Assembly (NCBI RefSeq): GCF_030684315.1
Contig: NC_081374.1
Span: forward strand, 12,140,837 to 12,204,836
Origin: Stegostoma tigrinum
Lineage: Eukaryota
Length of the DNA: 64,000 bases
Direction: 5' to 3'
Program-made: the position numbers and the translations under genes
Shown here: one piece after another, positions 49,901-61,900 of the stretch
Layout: the number at the start of each line of letters is the position of its first letter
Position numbering within the stretch: the stretch's first letter is position 1
Notes under the pieces: model-generated
What the model was told of the DNA's origin: nothing
Database searches by the model: none
Seen by the model: the letters and a program-made list of their open reading frames with translations, nothing else

Positions 49901-52900
49901 TCCCTGGGCAGGATGTAGGGGAGAGGTGGGTGGGAGTTGGGGAAAGGAATATTGTCTCCTGTCTGATGGAATTGGTCCAAAGCTTAGTGCATTTCTCGTG
50001 ACTTCTCATGTGTTTTGAGCAGGTCATTGATGAGCAGGGTCAGGAGGCTTGACATCTCTATTGTAGAGCGCAGCCTGGTGGAGGTTATTTATACAGTGAA
50101 GGGCGGCTGGTTGGATCACTGAAGAATGTCAGCCAAGGAAGTGGTGGGTAAGAATTTGACAGACCTTTTTGACAGGGCTTTAATTCTCTACTTCATCTGA
50201 AAAGCAACATTTCAAATCCCCTTTCTCATTACTTTGAGTGGGTTGCATCATAAGACCATAAGACATAGGAGGGAAGTGGGCTGTTCGGCCCATCGAGTTT
50301 TCTCTGCAATGAGATTACAGCTGATTTGATAATCCCTGACTCCATTTTCCTGTCTTTTCCCTGTAATGCTTGATTCCATTACTGATTAACAACCTGTCTC
50401 TGTCTTGAATGTACTTAATGAACCCGGCTCTACAGCAAAGAATACCAAAGAGTCACTCCCCTTTGAAAGAAGAAATTTCGCCTCATCTCTCTCTTATGTG
50501 GGCCAATTCTTACTCTGAGATTATGCCATCTGGTCCTGGATTTGCCTAAAAGGAGAAGCAGACTCATGTCATCTATCCGATCAAGGGTGCAAAGAATAAA
50601 ATTGCTGGAAAAACTCAGCAGCTCTGGGAGCACCTGTGAAGGAAAAAACAGTTAATGTTTCGGGTCCGGTGCCCTTTCATTTTTTTCCTTCCTTTTTTCA
50701 TTCACAGATGCCGCCAGACCTGCTGAGCTTTTCCAGCAACTTTGTTTTTGCTCCTGATTTACAGCATCCGCAGTTCGTTCGGTTTTTATCATGTGTGCTA
50801 AGAACCTTGCATGTTTCAATACTGTCACTTTTCATTCTCCTCAACTCCAACACTATAGTATAAGCAAGGCCTACTCAATGTTTCCCCTTCTATACCTGGC
50901 ATCAACCGAAGCCTCTTATCTGGACTATCTCCAATGCCAGAATATCTTTCTTTAGTTTAGTCCCTTTAAGAAGTGGTGGATGTGGGTACAATTACAACAT
51001 TTAAAAGACATTTGGATAAGACCATGAATGGGAGAGGTTTGGCTGGATATAGGTCAGGAGTAGACAGGGGGACCAGTTTAGTTTGGGATGATGGTTGGCA
51101 TGGACTGGTTGGATTGAAGGGTCTGTTTTCGTGCTGTATGACTCTATGATTACTCAATACCAAGTTCCAAACCAAAGAGGTAATTATGTGACAATTGTGC
51201 CACCCATTGGAAGTCTACAATTGCATTAGGGCCTTAGTGATATCAAGTTTCTGGCAGTCCATTTCAGAGCCTCAGGGAACACGGTGAAGACCCACTTGTC
51301 AATGGGAATGAGGCACAAAATTTTAATCCAGTCACTGCCTTTTTCACACCCAAAACAAATGAAAATTAGTTTGACAGAATACTCACCTATTCACATGTCT
51401 TTCCTCTACAAAACAAAATAGCTATTGAGTTCAATAGTAGAGTAAGATGTTGCTTGGCCTGCTGTGTTCATCCACCTCCACATTTTGTTATATCGAGCAA
51501 AGGCATGAGTCAATTTTAAAAAATAATTTGGCTTTCAATTTTCCATGTATATGGGAACAGAGCGTCTGGCTGAATGTAACCAAATTAATAAAGCTTTCAA
51601 ATTGAATACTGCACCAAAAGAAAAACAAGTGAAACTTACAAATGATGCATACTGATCTGTGTTCCTCTGAATAATACAAACAATGCATTCACTTCAAGGT
51701 AAGAAATAAGCTGACTTAGAAATTCAACATGTAACAGGACCATTTCAGCAAGGCCAGTCAGGGAATTTCCACCATAGCCATTTAGAGATCTTGTCAAGCT
51801 CACCATAAATCAGATTATAAAAATGCAGTTGTGAATCAATCTGCTGGTACATGTGACAATACACCCCAGCAACAGGTGGGACATTTATTCACTGACAGGT
51901 TTTGGGCATTTCTGGCTAGAGCAGCATTTATTGCCCATTCCTAAGTGCCCAGAGGGCAGTTAAGTGTCAACCACCGTGATGCAGGTCTGGAGTCACATGA
52001 AGGCCAGACTAGGCAAGGATGATAGAGTTCCCTCCCTGAATGACGTTAATGAACCAGACAAGTGCTTTTTTTCCCCTGACAATAGTTTCATGGTCAACCT
52101 TATACATCTAGATTCATTACTGAATTCAATTCCACCATCTGCCATAAAGGAATTTGAACCCAGGTCCTTGGAAAATTAGCTGAGTTTCTGGATTAACAGT
52201 CTCATGATAATACCACTAGGCTATTGGCTCTGTGTTAACTTCAATATGGATCTCCCAGCACAGCGATAGGAACGTTACCATTGCTTCACAAGAGCCTCTG
52301 AGCTACATGACCAATGGTTGTGACATTCCATGAGCCATGCATTTTTCAAATTTTAGTGCAGCGTATTTCTTTCTGCCCTGTCAGGATCGCATGGACTCAC
52401 GGCACCCAGCGAGGTGAACGGAAGGTTAGGAGGGACCATCACTGTGAACTGCCAGTACAACATAGCAAGTAACTGGAATTCTGAGAAGTATTGGTGTAAA
52501 GGAAATATGCGTATTTCATGCACCGTGTTGGCATCCACTACAGAAGTACAGCAGGAAAGATCCAGTAGACTGTTCATTATGGACAATCAAACCATTGGAA
52601 TATTTTCAGTAAAAATGCAGCAATTAACACTGGAAGACGCAGGATGGTATTGGTGTGGGATAACAAGGGTGGGCAAAGATGAAATGACTTGTGTTAAATT
52701 GAATGTTCTCACAGGTAAGCTGGGTTATTAATCTCCATTTATTGACTTCAAGCACAATGTAAGAATTCCAATAAATGAACAATTCACTGTTGTAGCAACC
52801 TGTTTAAACAGAAAAAGTTCTCAGATTTGATGAATTTATAAAAAATGTTTAAAACAAACATGGAGAACGCTGGAGAAACTCAGCAGGTCTGGTAGCATCT

Positions 52901-55900
52901 GTGGAGAGAGAAACAGATTCTTCTTCAGAAAATAAAGATTTATTGGACCGAAATTATGTATGGAAGATAAATCAACACCCCACATATTTGACTGGTGGTG
53001 CTACATGATTAGAAAGCAGATATACAGTCAGGGTCTGTGCAGAGGAAACAGATAACGTTTTAGGTAGAACCTTCCACAGAATTGAACTTTGAAAGGTAAA
53101 CAGGGAACAGTGTTATTGTTGCATGAAGAAAGACCAGGGTGAGAAAAGAACACAAAAATAGCAATGTACATAAAGGTTTACAGGATAGTTACGATAGAAA
53201 GAGGCTATTCAGCCCACCATAAATACACTGAATCTCTGAATGAGCAATTCATGTAGTACCATTCCCTTGCACCTTTTCTGTAATCCAGCACATTCTTCCT
53301 TTTTCAGATAATAATCCAATTCCCTCCTAAAAGCCTCAATTAAATCTGGATCCAACACACTTTCAGGCATCGCACTCCTGTTCTTTCATACTCATTGTGT
53401 GTGAAGATTCCTGTCCTTGTCCCCCATTGCATCTTTTCCCAATTACCTTGAACATGTGCCCCCTCATTCTCAATCCTGCCATGAGTGGGAACCATTTTTC
53501 TTTATCTACTCTGTCCAGAGCCCTTGTAATTGTGAACGCTTCTCTCAAATCTCCTCTCACTTTCTAGTCTCCAAGAATGACAGTGCCAATTTCTCACCTT
53601 TATCTCCATGCTAAAATGTTCATTCCTGAAGTCCATTTCATGAATTTTTTCTGCACGCTGTGTAATAAATTCACATAACGGTGGAAGAAGGATATTTATG
53701 GTTTGATGTGGGAGGTGGAGTCAGTCAGGCAAATGCAATAGAAATGATAAAAGCTGGAAAAAAGGGATGAAGCTCCTTCAGAAACTAAGAAGGGAAGTAA
53801 CATACTTTAGACAGTTGCTGACATCTGCAAAAAGTCCATCAGAGAGAAAGAAATAGAGGAAAGAACATGATCAGGAAAGAATCACAAAATTGAAGGTGAG
53901 AGAAAATGGAATTATCGTCAAATTCTCAAATTCAACAAGAGAAAGAACAGAAAAAGAAGTAAAACTTGCAAACAATATATATTGGTCTGACTTGTACTGT
54001 GGACCTCAAAATGGAGTTCCAGTATATCCCGTACATTCATTTCCAGGTATTTACTCTTGTTTCCCTCTGGGAGAATACAGCAATAGTGTTGAGGTAGAAT
54101 AAGTCTGGAGAAGGAAGATCAAAGTAGAAGAAAACCATATCATTCAAATGGCCAGGCAAAGCTGATCGTCATGCATGTCCCAAAGAAGAGAATGGACTTC
54201 ATACTGAAGTTGAAAGAGGAGAACTATTTCAGGCAAACTTCCATTTACCAAGAGGGGTGGGTCATTTATTTGCCCTGGGTGGTGAAGATTTAAATCTACT
54301 CTGTCATTTTAAGGCTTTGTAATTGGAATGGGTGATAATGTAAAAAGATAATAAAAACATCAAACGCTGAAAGGAACGTCAAAATGCTGAAATAATTAAA
54401 ATTGCTGAAGCAAAACAGAATGTGCTGGAGAAACTCAGCAGGTCTGCCTTCACCTGAGGAGAGAGAAACAGAATTAACATTTCAAGTCTGATAGAACTTT
54501 TCTTCAGGAGTGAGCTGGCCTGTCTGAAGAAGAGTGATCTCAGACTCGAAAGGTTAATTCTGCTTCTTTGATTTGATTTGATTGATTTATTGTCGCATGG
54601 ACCAAAATAGAGTGAAAAGCTTTGTTAACAAGTGGTACAGACAGATCACAGCTAGCAAAGGATGTACAGATCAAAAAGGCTTTGAGGCATACAGGTTACA
54701 TTGCAGGTTACATTATTTGAAGCTAGAGTCCGTTCAACAGTCTGATAATGGCCGGAAAGAAGCTGTTCCTGAAACTGCTTGTGCATGTGTTCAGTCTTCT
54801 GTATCTTCTGCCTGAAGGATGTTGTAGGCGATCATTACTGGGGTGCGATGGATCTTTGACAATTTTAAATGTCTTTCCACAGCAGCGAGTGTATAAATAG
54901 TCCATAGATGGAAGGTTGGCTTCTGCGATGGTCTGGGCTGTGCACACCACCTTCTGTAGTTTCTAAAGGTCCTGGGCAGAGAAATTGCCATACTAAGCCA
55001 TTATGCGCCTAGACAGTATGCATTCATTTTTGTGTCAGTAGCAGTTGGTGAGGGACCTTATGGACATGCCAAATTTCCTGAGCTGCCTGAAGAAGAAGAG
55101 GCATTATTGTACCTTCTTAACTGTTGCATTTACATGGGAAGTCCAGGGCAGGTCGTCACTCTGAGGAACTTGATGGTCTTCATCCTCTCAACCTCAGTTC
55201 CATTGATGTAGATGGGGGCTTGTTCATCTCCTTTCTTTCTGAAGTTGATGATCAGTTCTTTAGTCTTTCTCCACAGGTGCTAGGCCTGCTGAGTTTCGTT
55301 GCCATTTTTCTGCTTTTATTTCAAATTGTCAGCATAAAGTTGGCGATTTAGTTTTAAAGTGGTGTTCAGTGGGGAATTTCTGTTGGAAAATGCTCACACA
55401 AACAAAAAGACTTTCAGCTATTGATCCACTCTTTAACTCTGTCCGTAGCTGCTCTCTGTGTGGACAGGTTTATGTTGACAACCTTCAGACCACATGGGGA
55501 AGCTGATATTTCTTGTGAAGGACAGATCAGCTGATACAGGTTCAATGAGCTGGCAGTTGTTGTGCTGCAAAGTTTTTAAAGCACAAAATATAAATAGATG
55601 GTACTAATAAAAAAAACAGACTAAAATAGAAATAATACACAAATGTTCTATGTTTCATTGTTCGAGAAGCTACAAGATGTGTGTGTATGTCTGAGTTAGC
55701 TTAGACCTGACATTTTGTGATTTTGACTTTATCACAATTCTTCTTTCCTCTTGCACTGATTTACCTGCTGCAGATTTTTGTGACATTTTGTTTGGTTACA
55801 AATGAAGCAAGAGATGGCCAAGATGTTTCAGTGTTCAAAGCTGAAGTGGAACATGGAATTGATTCGCTAACTGTCCAGAAATGGAAACAGGAGTTGGCCA

Positions 55901-58900
55901 CTTGAACCCTCAAGTTTGTTCTGTCATTGAATAGGATCGTGGCTGATCTGATATTCATCACATTCACTTTCCTACTTTTTCCCTGCAACCCTCGATTCCC
56001 TTTTGAACCAAGAAACCTTCTACCTCAACTTTAAATGTGCACAAGTACTCTGCTCCCATGGGTCCCTGTGCCAAGGAATTTCAAAGACTCACAACCTTCT
56101 GAGAGAAGAAATTCTTCGCATCTCAGTCTCAAATTGGTGCCCACTTATGCTGAGACAATTCTGTCTGGTCCTAGACTCCCCCATGAGGAGAAGCATCTTC
56201 TCAGCATTTACCCTGTCAAGTCCTTTAAGAATTCTATATGTTTCAGGAGATCACCTCTCATTCTTCTAAATTCTAATGAATAGAATCCTAACCTGTTTAG
56301 CCTCTGCTCATAAGATAGTCCCTCCATACCAGGGATCATCCCAGTGAATCTTCTCTGATCTCCATTCAATGAAGTAATATCTTTCCTTAAAATCAGGAGA
56401 CCAAAAGTGCTCAGAATGCTCCATATGTGGTCTCATCAGCACCTTGTACAATTGCAGTAAGGCTTCATTACTCTTATACTCCTCATATATTCTTTCTGCT
56501 GAGGTGAATTAAAAAGGGAAATACTGTTGATTCTAGAAATGTGGAATAAAAACTGAAAAAGTGATAATAGTCACAGCTCTGGCAACATCTGCAGAAGGTG
56601 AAATAAAGTTAACGTTTCAGATCTGCAGGCTTTCTTAATTCTGATGGTCATTAATCTGAAACATTATTCACTTGACTTCCATATGCTGTTGCCTGCTGAC
56701 CATTTCTAGGATTCTCTGATTTCAGGAAAGAAGTGAACTGTTTTGAACAGAAGCGAAATAAATTATCTAATACAGTCAGTGTATAAGATCTTTGTTAACC
56801 GGTAAAGCAGTAAGAACCTGAGCATACTTGGAAAAAAAGAATGAATTAAAGGGGAAAATTTACTTTCAGATAACCAGAATGGAAATGATGGGCCAAATTA
56901 AACCATTTCTGTGCTATAAAATTCCTAGATTCTGCAATACTTGTCACTGTTTTACTATCGTGTATTTTGCTTGATGTTAAGCAGTTATATGTTGTTCTTT
57001 ATTCTTGAAGCTGGATTAACTGGGCTAAGGCAAGTGCATGGGACCTTAGGAGACACTGTCACTGTACAATGTCAGTATCCAGTGTCATATTACAAGAACC
57101 ATGAAAAATACCTGTGTAAGGGATCAGACCGCAAATCGTGTATTGTGATAACTGGAATGCAAAAACAGAATCCAAACAGCAGTGGAAGGATAATTGCTAT
57201 GGATAACCAAACCACTGGGATGTTTGCAGTGACCATCACCCAACTATCTATGGAGGATGAGGGAATTTACTGGTGTGGAGTAACAACCTTTGGATATGAC
57301 AGAATGGACCCTTTACAACTGATCATTTTTGAATGTAAGACAGATTTTACTTTCTTCTTCTTCTTAAGTAGCTTCGACATATTTAAATAAAATGCTAAAT
57401 GTCCTGTTAAGAAGAACTGTTGGGACAGATATTATTTGTTTGCAATTCATCTGATTTGTTGGGATTTTGAGGCGAGTAAATGAATCTACTGAGGTCCATC
57501 TCAATCACTAGGAACTGCTACATGCTGTCTCGTGAGTCAGGCACTATACAGAAGCAGGGAAAGATTTATGGCAATGGAAGAAGCTAATGTTCTTCTCCCC
57601 ACTCCAAAGGTTAGAGTGGGGAGAAGATGCTTTACACATCAGAAAAAGCTAGGCAGATTGTCTGGAATGTGTAAAAAAGCTTCTCCAGAAATTGCATTAG
57701 CTACATCTCCACAGAGGTCAGATGTTAATACAATTTTGAGTCCTATAATGCAGTGACCGATGGGTAAAGTGCTCCGGTGGTACCAAAAATCAAAAGGAGA
57801 ACAGTAGGCCAAACAAATGTATTTATTTATTTATTCATGGCTTGTGGGCATCATTGGCAAGGTCAGCATTTACTACCCATCTAAAATTGCCCTGCTAGCG
57901 ATTAGCCTCCCTGCACTGCGACAATCCAAGTGATGTAGGTGCACACACAGTGTCATTAGGGAGGGAATTCCAAAGGTTTGACTCAGTCACAGTCAAGGAA
58001 TTGTGACCTACTTTCAAGTCAGGATGATGCGTGCCGGCAGTTAAGACTCAACCACTTTGTTGCAGGTCTGGACTCATATGTAGGCCAGACCAAATACACT
58101 CGGCAGATTTCCTTCCCTGAAGGAGGTTAGTGAACCCAACATGGCTACCATTATACCAGCATCCTGGCTTGGAAATATATCATCATTCCTTCACCGTCAC
58201 TAGGTCAAATTCTGGGACTCCTTTCCTAATGGCATTGTGGGTCAACCTACAGCATATGGACTGTAGCAGTTCAAGGAAGCAGCTCACGTTCTCAAGAGCA
58301 AAAGGGATGGGGCAATATGTGCTGGTCAGCCAGTGGCACTCACACCCCACAAGTGAAAAAATGACTTTAAAAGAATACAGATAACACCTGCCATTATGGG
58401 ATTATAAACTCATATCTCCAGAACATTAGATTTGGTTTCTGAACTATTAACCCAGCAATATTAGCACCTCTCCAATATCACAATAATTGATTATCTTAAA
58501 GATAGAAAAAGTGTCCCAAAGCTGTACAGAGGAACATAAACATAGAAACGTGGGTGGAATACAGACACTAGTCTGTATTGTTGACACAACTAAAGCAGAA
58601 GCAGATTTTGACATAAAACCCTATATTGTTCCATTAGAGTAAGTGGCCACAGGTTTGGTCAAAGAAGCAGATTTGAAGGAGCATCTTAAAGGAAGAGAGG
58701 AAAGTAGAGAAGTGGAGGTATTTATGGGTGGGATTTTAGGAGCGTAGGCTCTTGGCAGTTGAGGACACCATCACCAAAGGTGGAGTGGGAATAGTTCTCA
58801 GAGATTTTAGGAAAGGTTGAGGCATAATTATCCTACAGATGTTCTCTTAGGGCCACTGTTCAGATAGCTTGTTAGTACAGATGTGAACTAGGTTTACCCT

Positions 58901-61900
58901 GTTTCTTATGTTGATTTGGAAATGCTTGAAACCAAGATATTTGACAAGAGGGAGAGAGACGTAAAATTTCCACAATGGTTCGCTGTAGTTAGAAGTGTCT
59001 CTGCTGATGTAAACAAACTGGCAGGTGACATTATTTCTCAGACAGGCTTAATTGCAATTTCAGACAATCTCATTTTCTCAATTTATCTTCCTCAAAATTA
59101 TATTGAAATGGCACAATGGTCACTTCTCTTGTTAGTTTGTGATAAATTCATTTGGTATGAATTTTGCTAACATGTATGTGTCATATTTAGTATCTAACAT
59201 CATTGGGTTCTTACCCCTGTGCCAGAATGCAGCAGAGTGGGATGCAGGGTGACAATATCTGGATAATGATGTTTCTCCTAAATACTTTATTGTGTTTTTT
59301 TTCTGTCACCCTTAGGTTAATGGCCCTTATTTTTGGACTTTTCCACAAATGGAAACATTTTCTCCACATCTGTCTGATCAAACACTTTTGCAGTTTGAAA
59401 GAAAAGTTTAAATTGAGCAAATGCTTATATGGAAAATAGAATAGTCTGGGGATTTTTTTGATATTGTAAAGTTAGTACTTAAATTGAATTTATTCATTTC
59501 ATTAATTTCAAGGTTCAAGCAAACTGTCTTAGCCATTCTGTTATTACAATCAGATGTACGATAATGTACAATTTACATCAGGATGTAGACATTATCAGAT
59601 CCTCATGGGATCCATATCATTTCAGTATGAATTCTGCACAGACAGTTATCACAATCAAATCTGCAATGATTTACGGCTAAATTGTTAATTAATTTGGCTT
59701 CATTGATAATTGTCACTGTTACTCTTCAACTGGTTTTTATTTGAGCAATCCAATAAAGTGTACATGGTACATGGTTTCTTCAGTTTTCCTGAAGACAACA
59801 TGATAAGGCAAAATTCAACTTAAATTAAAATTCAGGCACAACACTGCTACAAGCTAGATCAAGTAAGATTGACTTTTTCTCTAGCTTCTTGCTGGTAAGC
59901 ACCACCATCAATGCAAAAATGGTTTTCAGAATGGCTTTCTCCTGCGTAATATATTTGGACTTAACCACCACCTTCTCAAGAGTAATTAAGGATTGGCAAC
60001 AGCAAAGCCCAACAAAGAATAAATAAAAATGAATAGTTTCTCTACCCAAAATGTTTTGCTATTAGTTAAAAAAAAGACGTATAAACTATGGGAGAGATCA
60101 ACAACTAGAGAAGGCAAACATGGAAGGGTTTAGCCTGAGGAGCATCACTGTGAATCACTAAGTCAGTGGGGCTGCTTTATTGCCCTCTTTGCATTCACAG
60201 GACATGGATGTCCCTGGCTAGATCAGCATTTGTTGCCCATCCCTAATTGCCCAAATGGCATTTAACAGTCAACCACATTGTTGTGTGTCTGGAGTCACAT
60301 GTAGGCCAGACCAGGCGAGGATGATGATTCCCTTCACTAATGGACATTTGTGAACCAGATGTGCTTCCCCCCGACAATTGATTCACAGTCATCATGAGCT
60401 TCTTAATTCCAGATATTTATTGAAATATATTCAAATTCCACCATCTGCTGTGGTGGGATTCGAACCCGGTCCCCAGAATGTTATGTGCGTCTCTGGATTA
60501 ACAGTCCATCAATAGTATCGCTGGGCCATTGCCTTCACCAGTGCTAACACATTGACATTCTGGCAGCTATGTTTGAAATACCAAAGAGAACCAAAAACTC
60601 GTTTTCGTGATTTGCTATGTGACAGGAAGGAGAAACAGATATATAACCAGCAATAACAGTTACATAAAACCTTTTAAACCAGGGCTGTAAAAGCACTTAA
60701 AAAGGCAATCTAATTTGATCTTATCAAAGCATAAAAGCAATGGAATACAATAAGCACTTAGAATGACAATTGACCTAATTTCAATCAATCCACTTGGTCA
60801 TATAAACAGTTTACATGGTACTTACACTTGGGTCAGAAGACGAATGCAAACCACAACCACCATATACCACATGTTAGGAGGTCAATTTAGAGCAGTTGGC
60901 CAGACGGTTGGTTTGCAAAGCAGTGCGATGCACTCAGTATGGGTTCAATCCCCACACTAACTGAGATTACCACGAAAGGCTCTCCATCTGAACGCCTCCC
61001 CTTGCCTCAGGTCAAATCACCACCAGTTGTCTCTCCAATGGAAGAGCAGCCCTACAGTCAGGTAAGACTATGGTGACGTGACTTGATACCAAACAGGAAC
61101 ACCCAAAAAGGTGCCAACTAACAGGGCATTAATATGGAGACAGTAGGAACTGCTGATGCTGGAGAATCTGAGATAACAAGGTGTAGAGCTGGATGAACAC
61201 AGCAGGCCAAGCAGCATCAGAGGAGCAGGAAGGCTGACGTTTCGGGCCTACATCCAGCACTACCCTTTGCTGCCTCAAAGCATTGATATGCCTTTGTCTG
61301 GAGGGAGAACAGTACTGGGGGGAACAAATGTATGTGCTAGAATTGAATGGGAATGATTTGAAAAGGACCTGAGGGGTAACTTTTTCACACAGATGTTGGT
61401 GTGTGTATGGAACAAGCTGCCAGAAGAAGTGGTAGAGGAGGGAGCAAATACAACATTTAAAAGGCATCTGGATGAGTACATAAATAGGAAGGGTTTAAAG
61501 GGATATTAAACAAATTCTGGCAATTGGGACAAGGTAAGATTGGAATGTCTGGTTGGTGTAGATGAGCTGAACTGAAGGGTCTAATTCCATGCTGTATGAC
61601 TCTATAAAAGATTGTGACTCTGCAGGGTATCATGCACTTAAGCTCTAAAAGTCTGAGTTCTCTGTAACACTTGCTTTTCCCAAGATGAAGACTTCAAATA
61701 TTGCAGCTATATGGCTCCTTTCTGGTCTGTTGAAGAATGGAGTCTAGAGGTTTTAGGAAGACTATTTCACTGTGGTACATTGCTTGGAGTAGCTGTTTTC
61801 TCTTGCTCCATTCCTATTGAGGGACAGCTACAGCAAATGTCTGTTTCAGTTCTTCAATAAAGGGTGATAAATATTCTTTCTCTTTTGAAGCTGAGAAATT

